Shown: in pieces, positions 55,385-64,000 of the stretch
Numbering within the stretch: the first letter of the stretch is position 1
Layout: every line of letters starts with the position of its first letter
NCBI RefSeq assembly: GCF_000981445.1
Contig: NC_027217.1
Span: forward strand, 2,542,001 to 2,606,000
Direction: 5' to 3'
Length of the DNA stretch: 64,000 nucleotides
Source of the DNA: Babesia bigemina
Lineage: Eukaryota
Made by a program: the position numbers and the translations under genes
Notes under the pieces: generated by a model
Databases searched by the model: none
Told to the model about the DNA's origin: nothing
The model's input: only the letters and a program-made list of their open reading frames with translations

Positions 55385-58005
55385 CTACTGCCTGTTGCAG
55401 CGGGTGAGTATGAAAATCAGGCCAATGTGGAAGACGACGGGCACCGCGCAGAACCAGATCAGCGGCAGCGCGCCGGAGCCGAGCAGCACGTGCTGCTGTG
55501 CGAGCGATAATACCTTCTGCGAGACGAACGGGCCGCGCAGGATGGCCACCAGCCTGGCGAAGTTGATCCTCCGCACAAGCAGGTACACCCTGTAGACAGC
55601 GCGGAGCACGAAGGCGAGCACTCCCAGGGGCCCGGTGTTGAAGGCGACGTCGAGCAGCTCCCTTTGCTTCGAGTTCAGGACCCTCCTTGTCGACGAGAGT
55701 ATCGAAATGAAGACCAGGTAGTTTGTGCAGATGAAGAGGTCGGCCAAGCACTTCCTGCGGGTGTGGTTCCAGACACGCACCCTGCGCAGCGCGGGCACCA
55801 GGCACAGGGAGAGCAGCACCGCCAGCGGCCAGTGGAAAATCATCAGGCTGTACAAAAAGACGGTGGCGAAGAACAGCGTGCCGATGCCGGCTACCACGTT
55901 GGGCGTCGGCAGGGCGCTGTTGGTCGGACACGCTATGGCCGTGCCGCCCATCGAATCCAAAAGGCTTTGCGATTCTTCCTCGTCAGCGACCTCCTGTACA
56001 GTCGGAGTTTCGACCACGGTCTCATCGGGTACGGTCTCTTCGGCGTCCGCAACGACGGGCTTCTCCTCCGGCGTGGGCACCATCTCGATCGATGAGCTTG
56101 GCGAACGGGAACCCTGGCGGCGCGCCCTCCAGCGCTCCAGCATTAGCGAGAGCCTCGAAGGGCCCCTCTTCCTCGCGGTTTCCATGGCTTTCCTGATAAA
56201 CGGCGGGAGAATGGAGTGTATGGCCGCCTTCAGCTTTTCGAGGAAAGCGCGCAAAGGGCCGACAATCTTATTGCACACACGCGCAAACGGGCTGCTTGGC
56301 GGTACGTGGTAGCCTAATTTCGACAGCAGCTCGTTTCGGACCAACACCGCACGGTCGGCTACGTAGCCCACGAACGCGCGACGTGGCAAGCTCCTCAGCG
56401 CGAGAACGTTCAGGAAAAGCAGCGCCGCGTAACTCGACAGCAGCACGACCAATGAGCCACGCACCTTGTTCAGGTTGGAGGCGTCCAAAGTGTCGAAATC
56501 CAAGCCGCCGATCTTCACGAGGTAGAGATATGACAGCAGCGGCCCCATACACGCATTGAAGGCGAACACGGCAAGGCCGGCCATCAACGCGTGGAAGTTC
56601 CAGGTGTGGCCGGAGTAGAGCAGTTCCACAGTCAGCCCGAGCAGCAGCGCCGGTACGATGGGCAGGTACGAGGCCTCCGTAAGGTACTCGTCCTGCGAGA
56701 CCATTTGGTAGTAGTTTGACTTGCGCTCGAGCACCGTGTCCAGGTTGTTCTGCATCCGGATGGTCGGCGTGAGCACTCTCAGCAGCTTCTCCGCGTTGTT
56801 CTCGTCAGTGTGGTCCGCGCGCCTCGCGCATGTAAGCGTGAAAGAGGAGATGCCACGCGGCAGCATCGCCACGTGCGGCAGATGCGGCAGCGCGTTCATC
56901 GACATGCGGCCTATCCTTGCCAACACGTCGGCGGGCTCGGCATCCAACTCGGCCGTCTTGGCCGTCGAGAGGAACGATATCACCACATCCGGGTTGGGCA
57001 CTGCGCCGTCCAGGCCCTCATAAGTCACCTCGTAGCTGCCGCAACGGCCGTACCCCAGGTCCAGGGCTAGTGCGTTGTGCAGCCATCCGCTGTTCCATTT
57101 GAAGTCCGGGCGGGTGAAGTAGTCGTCCAGGAACTGCCGTGTCCCCGCCGCGTACGGCAGGTTACGTTCCGTTATCAGCACCATCAGGTCCTGCTGCTGG
57201 TTGTCGAATTCGGCGACGTTTTTCAGCGCGGCTATTGCCGCCGCAACTCCGTGTGTCGACGACGCGCACCTTCCTAGCGCTTCACCGTCCCCGCCTAAAG
57301 CCGGATATGCGGTGGGGCCTCACCATTGCTCACCAACCTTTGGGCCGGGTGATGTACCCGCGTTGATCCAGCATGAAATCGCTCTTGGAGCCCGTGTCTA
57401 TCGTCGCCACCACAAGGGAGGCCCCGTACGACGAGCAGCGCGCACATTTGAGGTGCAGCAGGATGGAGCTGCCGGTGACGCCGAGGCCGTTGTTGAAGAC
57501 ATACCTAGCGCACAGTCACACAATGGCACTAAAGTCACGTACCTGAAGTCGTTGTAGGCCACCTCCGCCCTGGGAATCGTTGCGCGCACGAGCTCCTCGA
57601 TGGCGGTGTACACTGCCGGGGCATCGGCCGGAGCCTCGGCAGTCCACCTGGAGAATGGCGGCAGACCTTTGGTCTGCTCGTTTGACCTTGCTGAGCCCTG
57701 CTGGCACGCCTCCGTAATCGAAGACATCGTTTCTATCATGAACAGGCGGCTCGCATAGGTCAGCGTGTCCGGGGTGAATCCATGTAGGTACGCGTGCTCG
57801 CTGACGCTGGCTTCCTCTCCAAGCAACGGGAGCATCGGCAGGCACACGAGCGCGGCGTAGAAGGCTATCGTGCTGAAAGGAGTCAGAGCAGGCAGGTGGA
57901 GACAAGCGTCGCGATATGCACAGGACGTAAAACCCACCTCAGCAGCGGCAGAATCGCCGCCAGAGTGCGATGAACCTTCACATTTCTCACCAAAAATACT
58001 GACAT
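55385..58005 (-). CDS. GAA1: GPI transamidase subunit GAA1-like (multi-exon)
   Basis: N-terminal TM then SVSEHAYL; YEGLDGAVPNPDVV and IRMQNNL...YYQM.....EASYLP correspond to Gaa1 motifs; multi-TM C-terminus. Confidence 0.75.
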
Positions 58006-58106
58006 TGGAAAACGAAGTGGCCGCGGACGTCTTTCCACGCCGTACTACAGCACCAGGCGGCGACACACCAGCGCGTACACATTACAACGTCTAAACATTA
58101 AGGCAG

Positions 58107-59242
58107 TTAAAACATGAACGGGATGCCCGTGGCGCACATTTGCGATACCATATTCGCTCCTCGTTGCCGACCGAGCCTTCTATTTTCCTCGGCAGGGTCA
58201 GGTGCTGCGCCTTCTGCCGGTGTTTCGCCTTCAGCTGTGTTTCCCGCCTCTGTCGGATTATCCGCCTGCCCCGCACGGGCAGCTGCAGCTGCTGCCGCGG
58301 CGGCAGCCGGAGCCATAGGTGGAGCTGAAGGCTCAGTCCCGCTTTGCGTAGCGTATACAGCGGAAGCCGGAGGTGCAACCGGAGCCTGTTCCGGCTGGGC
58401 ATAGTAGACGCGCGTTGGGTCGTTCGGGTCAACGAATGCGCTGCGCGACTCAGGCATGTCCCTCATTGGGTGCGCATCCACCCTGTACGCGGGGTTGTTG
58501 CGCACGCGGGCGTAGTACATGAAGAAGCCGTTCAAGAAGTTCCCGCAGCCGCCGTCGAAGTAAAGATAGAACTTCCCCGCACTTGCCAAGGGGTACGGAG
58601 CCACGCTGTCCTGCAAAAAGATGACGGCATGACCGAAATGTAGTGCAAATCAACAAAATTCGACACACTACAACGCAATGCAACACGGCCGCTCGGCGGC
58701 AGTAGTCACCCCTGTATTTGCAACCACTCATGTACATTCATTACGGAGACAACGTCGCTAAATCGCACTTGAAAGGCATAACGTAACCCATCATGACGCA
58801 AACAACATCCCTCGATACAAACCAATGCAGACAGTGAGCAACTGCTGCGCTCGTGGACTCACCGGTCGTATGCTGCCCTCTAGGTAATTGCTGCCGAAGA
58901 TCGGCTGCCGGAATCGCGGCTCGTCAACGTGTGAGTACGGGAGCGATATGCTCGAGAAGTCCTTGTGGAACTTCTGGTCCTGCTTTTTCACCATGACGAT
59001 GCGATGCGTCGTCAGGAACGTGTCGCCCGCGCCCTTCATCGAGCTGCGCAAAATAACGCCGCGGTTGCGCATCCACTTACCGCCCCTGCAACGAAAGGGT
59101 GAACGACGTGCTGTTACGACACATCAGCAGGTATTCGCCGTTCTGGCAGTGCGGAATGAGCTGCTCTGCAATGCTGTGAAAGAAGTTGTACGCGTGACCA
59201 ACTCGAGTGTATATCCTGCGCGAGTATCGGATTCAACGCCAT
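58107..59242 (-). CDS. WBP2-like GRAM/PH-domain protein (multi-exon)
   Basis: Spliced MALNP...GEYLL...G.GDTFLTTHRIV, PRFRQPIFGSNYLEG, FYLYFDGGCGNFL, AFVDPNDPTRVY; Pro/Ala-rich tail. Confidence 0.85.
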
Positions 59243-59571
59243 TTTGTTGCATCAATGTCGTCACAAATTGTATCTAAACCGGTATGTACCAAGAAAGGTA
59301 CCCAAATGGCACCGAGCGATCAAGCGCTGCGATAAGCGATCGCGATCACGCACAACCCTAAAGGGAACACGCCTTTTACAACACTAAATAATGTGCAAAC
59401 GCTGCCAGGTAGAAATGTGATAACTGAGGCAGATATGCGGCCGCGCGACCGCCCGTTGCGACGCCTCAAGTTCAGGGTGTAGGTGGCAACTGACGCGAAT
59501 GCACGTGTCTACAGGTCGCAAGTAGGCGCAATTGGCGCTGGGAACAACTCGGGGTAGCCCGCGTCGCGGGA

Positions 59572-62500
59572 ATGCAGCCGCTGCCGTTTGAGAAGGCGAT
59601 CCTGCGCAGATTCGTGCCGACGTGGCAGGAGCTGGTATGCCAACACATCGTCCAGGGCGTGCTGACGCGCGCCGACTTGTGTATCGAGAAATGCCGTAAG
59701 CGACGCGCGAAGTTGGCGGGGCACCGCAAAGGTGTCACCAACGCCCTGCTCATCCTCTCGCCGGGCACCGACTGCAGCAGGCTGCTCTTCTACCTGCTGC
59801 TGTACGTCCTCAACCCGCTCCACGTCTACGACAGCGATGCGTACGAGTGCCGCGTGGAGGTCTCGTCCGACCTTCCACGCCGGGCGCCCCAGCTGTGCCT
59901 CCAAAACGCCGAGTTGGCGCTGCGCTCCCGGAAGGTGTACCACGGCATCTTCGATCTGGCCTCGGGCGACGGCTGTGACTCCGCTGACGCCAAGGGGGCG
60001 ATACTGCCGCATGTGTTCCACAACCTGAAGCTGCGGAGTGCCGTTGAGGTCGGCAACAGGCTCATCCTGGTGCTGGGCCTCGGGCACCAGGAGGCGGTGT
60101 CGACGGCGAGGCACTTCGCACACCTCGTCAGGGGGCTCTGCCACAGCAGCTCGGAAACTCCGGACAACACGTGCGTGAAAATCCCGCAGCCGAGGTTCAT
60201 CGACGGCTCCGTGGTCGCCCAAGAGAGGGAGAAGATGTACATCGAGGGCGGCATCTTCGGGCTGCCGCCGCGCATCCTCCTGGTGGACCTGCTGACTGCG
60301 AAGCTGGCGCCTGAGCTCGTCAGCGGGATCGTCATCGTGAACGCGCACCGCATGATGCAGGACTACAACATACCGTTTTTGATAAAGCTGCTGAGGACGA
60401 GGAACCGGGTGGCCTTCATCAAGGCCGTGACCGACAACGTGGTGTCCGTGCGCGAGGGCAGGAAGCTGAGCTTCATCCTGAAGTCGCTCTTCACCGCCGA
60501 CTGCTTCATCTTCCCGAGGTGCAGCAGCTGCTACGACCGGGTGCTCAACGACCCCAGCGTGCAGCCGGAGACGTTCGAGATCAGCATGCCCCTCAGCGAC
60601 GGCGCGAAGCAGATCCACCAGGCGATCGTGCAGGTGCTGCAGCGCCTGGTGGCGGACATGCAGCGTCAGGGCTCGCAGGAACTGCAGAAGCTGGACATGA
60701 ACACCATCATGTACACCAACAACGTGAAGGCGCTGCTGGTGAACGCGCTCCAGCGGGCGCACATCCCCAACGAGTACCACCTCAAGCGCACGATGATGAG
60801 CGTCACCAACCTCCGCATGCTGCTGGACCAGCTGATCAACATGGACGCGCTCAGCTTTTTGAATTTCGCGGAGGACATGAAGGCGGCGGAGAGCGAGTCG
60901 CATTGGCTGTGGACCCCCCTGGGCGCCACCATATACCGACTCGCCACCGCGCGTGTCTACGAGGCCAGCAACGACACCGGCGCCGGGCTGAAGGTCAACA
61001 TGGAGCTGGACCAGAAGGGTGAGTGCATACGCCGGATCCTCGGCGACAAGTACGTGGGGTGCAAGGAGCTGGGCGAGCTGCTGCGCACTGCCATGAACTG
61101 GCACTCCTCCAACCGGCCGTTCAGGGGGCCGTCAAGGTACAGGATCACGCCACCGCGAGTGAACCTGTCCCTCCACCGGCGGCGGCGTGGCCTGTGTCGG
61201 CGCGAGGCGAGGCACCTGAGGCGAATATGCCGTTTCTTCGAATGCGGCGGCGTGATCTCCAGGAGGGCTATCGTGGTCACCGATAACAACTTCCTGCAGT
61301 CGCACCTCACGTCGAGCCTGACAATGTCCCTGAAAATGTACAACGAGCAAAAGTTCATGGTATACGCCGCGAGACGCGCCGACCGGTTCGAATACGCCGA
61401 GCAAGACGAGCGGAAGTTCTCCGGCTACGCGCAGGCGCACTTCCACCGCAGCATGGTGAACAGCCGGAAGGAGACCGACAAGCTGCTGCATCGGTTTGTG
61501 GTGTGGTCGAAGTACAACGAAATCTACCAAGCGCACAAGGACCGCGCAGGTGAAGGCAGCCCAGCCAATAAAAAGGGCGGAATCGAAGACTCCGGTGACT
61601 ATGCTGAAGGCGAGTGCACGATGGATGCTACCGACACCTATGAAGGAATGGAGGAGGCTACTGACGATTTCGCGTCAGCGGATGTCGAATTCGACAACCC
61701 GATCACCGTGGATGCTGCTGATATGGGTTCCTCCGCGGAAAGCGCTGACTCCGATTCAGACATGAGGGCTGGGCCAAAGCCGTCCAGCGGCTTCACCATC
61801 CCCGCGGCGGAGAACCTCTGCATGCTGACCATCAACATCAGCAAAATGCTGAACTGCAAGGCCAGGGTCGTGAACGTATCGCAATCGCTAACCAGGAGTG
61901 AACAGCTCAAGGGCATAATGGAGCGGAAGCTGCAGGCTGACGAGGCCGACGAGCCCGTGCCACTCAACTGCTCGCACCAGGAGTTCCTGTACGTGCTACA
62001 ACGGCTCAACCCCACCGTCGTGGTGGTTTGCCGCCCCAACATAAAGGTGTTTCGCGTGATCGAGCAGCACTGTGCGCTCATGGCCGCTGCGGGGCAGCGG
62101 GTGTGCCTCAGGGTCCACGTGCTGTCGTACCGCGACTGCATCGAGTCGCACAAGTTCGCGCGCGACCTCAAGCACGAGCTGGGCTGCTGGAAGGACATAC
62201 AGCAGGAGCTGAAAACTCTGCAGGTGACCTTCGATGAGAGTGTGCTGCTCAGCAACGTGAACGGGCCCCCGCAGCTGGCGGTGCCAGAGAAGCTCGCAGT
62301 ATCGCAGTCACCGGTGACCACACCGTCGCCGCTGAACACGCCCGAAAAGGCACAGGCGCTGGTGCCAGTAACAGCCCAGGCCACTGGGGGAGTGGACAAC
62401 AGCGACGCCACGAAGCTCGCGATCGCAACAACGCAGACCTCCGCCCTACTCGCGGATATGCTGCAACCTCCAATACAAAACGCCAGACCGGCTGCGCAGG

Positions 62501-63332
62501 TGGTGATCGACATGCGCGAGTTCAACAGCAAGCTGCCGTTCCACCTGTACTACAAAGGGGTGCAACTGCAGCCGATGATGTTGGAGATGGGCGACTACCT
62601 GCTCACGAGGGACATTTGCGTCGAACGCAAAAGCCTCAGCGACCTCGTCACCTCCCTGGGGTCGGGGAGGCTTGCGCAACAGGTGGGTTAACTCGTGTAT
62701 CATGACCGCATAAACGCCAATCAGGCCGAGGAGCTGTGCAGCGTATACGACTTGCCGTTCCTCCTGCTGGAGTTCGACGATGCCGAGTCGTTCCACCTCT
62801 CTCCCTGCAACGATCAGTCCACGGGAATCAACTACATATACTCCAAGCTGTGCATACTGTGCTGCAACTACCCCAAGCTCAGGCTCATCTGGAGCCAGAG
62901 CCCGGAGAGTTCCGCCGCCATCTTCGTTGCCCTGAAAAGGGGCCGCGGAGAACCCGATGCCGCGGCAAACAGCATGCTGATATCGCAGGCGCGTTGTGGG
63001 ACCAAGGGGGGTGATGGATCGGGCCAGGCCATCGTCGAACGCCGGAGACCGGAAGACGTCAACAACAGGGACGCGCTCCGCATCCTCCGCAAGATACCCG
63101 GCGTCACCAGCTACAATGTCTCCGAGATCCTGTCGAGGGTGGGTTTGAAAACGCGCCATATGGCTAATTTTACACGTCACGTAACCGCGCACTTCCTTGA
63201 CACGCGTATATGCCGTTGCAGGTGACGTCACTGAGGCACCTCAGCGAGATGGAGGAGGCGGACCTGTGCCAGTTCCTTCCAGAGGCCAACGCCCACGCCA
63301 TATACAACTTCTTCAACCAAAGACTCAGGTGA
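59572..63332 (+). CDS. XPF: DNA repair endonuclease XPF/RAD1/ERCC4 (multi-exon)
   Basis: LLILSPG, REKMYIEGG...RILLVDLL, GIVIVNAHR, FIKAVTD; nuclease VVIDMREF.SKLP..L...GDYLLT..ICVERKSLSDL..SL.SGRL; HhH LRKIPGVT. Confidence 0.93.
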
Positions 63333-63339
63333 AGCTGGG

Positions 63340-63421
63340 CTGCTGCAGCGGTGAAGCCGCATACGAACTGTACTGCTACACTGCTGCAGCGGTGAAGCCG
63401 CATACAAACTGTGCTGCTACA
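63340..63421. repeat. Direct tandem duplication, 2 x 41 bp
   Basis: ctgctgcagcggtgaagccgcatacgaactgtactgctaca followed by ctgctgcagcggtgaagccgcatacaaactgtgctgctaca (2 mismatches). Confidence 0.9.
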
Positions 63422-63596
63422 TCCATGTAGCAGTCAATGTCATTAGCAAACAGCGCTACGTACGCACTGCTATTCGGAACATGGGTAGCAATGTATATAT
63501 ATTGTTCACTTCATTATGTTACCGCGCAGGTGCGCACTGCATTATGTAGTTCGCCGAGGGTCTGCACAACAGCCACGGCAGCAATACGCGCGACTT

Positions 63597-64000
63597 TCAA
63601 CGCATACTGCTCTTCCTTTTGCCGAAAGTGACACCGGAACTGCCCTTGTCAGCGCCGGGGACCTGGGCGCGTTCCAGGGTCTCCTGGCGCGTGCGCTTGT
63701 ACTGCATTTCCTGCAGCAGGCGCTGGTTCTCCAGCTTGTCCTTGTTGCGCTGCGCGTTCTCCCCGGCGTTGATGTTTTTGAGGTAGAAGAACGAGGGGCC
63801 CAGCTCGTAGAGCCACTCGGCGTCCACGGCGGTGACGTGGCGCATGTACTCCTTGCTGGTGATGACGACCTCGTGGTACACCACGTAGTCCGGGGTGTAC
63901 CCCATTCCGTAGAGCGCCGACGACGGGTGCAGGAAACACGGCGCGAAGCTCCGCAGGTTGGTGTACTCGCCTAGGCCCTTGAGCTTCGAGGCGTTGTGGA
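63597..64000 (-). CDS. PRP16: DEAH-box splicing helicase PRP16/DHX38, 3' end only
   Basis: [16 protein letters not shown]...[48 protein letters not shown]. Confidence 0.88.
   Translation of the reverse strand, partial: HNASKLKGLGEYTNLRSFAPCFLHPSSALYGMGYTPDYVVYHEVVITSKEYMRHVTAVDAEWLYELGPSFFYLKNINAGENAQRNKDKLENQRLLQEMQYKRTRQETLERAQVPGADKGSSGVTFGKRKSSMR

Noticed and set aside
1..64000. tRNA, rRNA, telomeric repeats, transposase or reverse transcriptase
   Set aside because: No cloverleaf, rRNA signature, telomere tract or mobile-element protein motif was seen by eye; a tRNAscan/Infernal run would be needed to exclude them formally.

Overview
Gene-dense eukaryotic DNA from an apicomplexan, most likely a Babesia species (piroplasm). 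The inference rests on many very short GT-AG introns (34-40 nt), short intergenic spaces and VESA-like sequences. Most of the window is a core housekeeping block: holocytochrome c synthase (partial), ISY1, Sec14, UTP18, RNA pol I/III AC40, eIF1A, RPN5, Brr6/Brl1, a UBL/BAG6-like protein, a methyltransferase, TIM22, ERO1, a FAN-like BEACH-WD40 protein, Oxa1, prohibitin, a folate-biopterin transporter, a GPI-anchored GAMA-like antigen, a TDRD3/RMI1-like OB-fold protein, a glutaredoxin-like Zn-finger protein, a PPR protein, CDV3-like, RPF1, GAA1, WBP2-like, XPF and PRP16 (partial). Three things stand out. (1) An AT-richer, gene-poor island at about 14.3-24.4 kb holds a divergently oriented MFS transporter and a small Cys/Lys-rich single-pass membrane protein resembling the CKRD, TM and tail of VESA1. 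(2) A stand-alone 198-aa, TM-less VESA/ves2-like gene at 36.56-37.16 kb has an extreme high-expression codon signature (no A-ending and no NCG sense codons). (3) The GPI signal of the large GAMA-like antigen sits on its own 57-nt exon, so retention of the last intron would give a soluble form. No tRNA, rRNA, CRISPR array or transposase was found. All family calls are by-eye motif recognition, not database searches. Spliced gene boundaries were read manually and may be off by a few bases.
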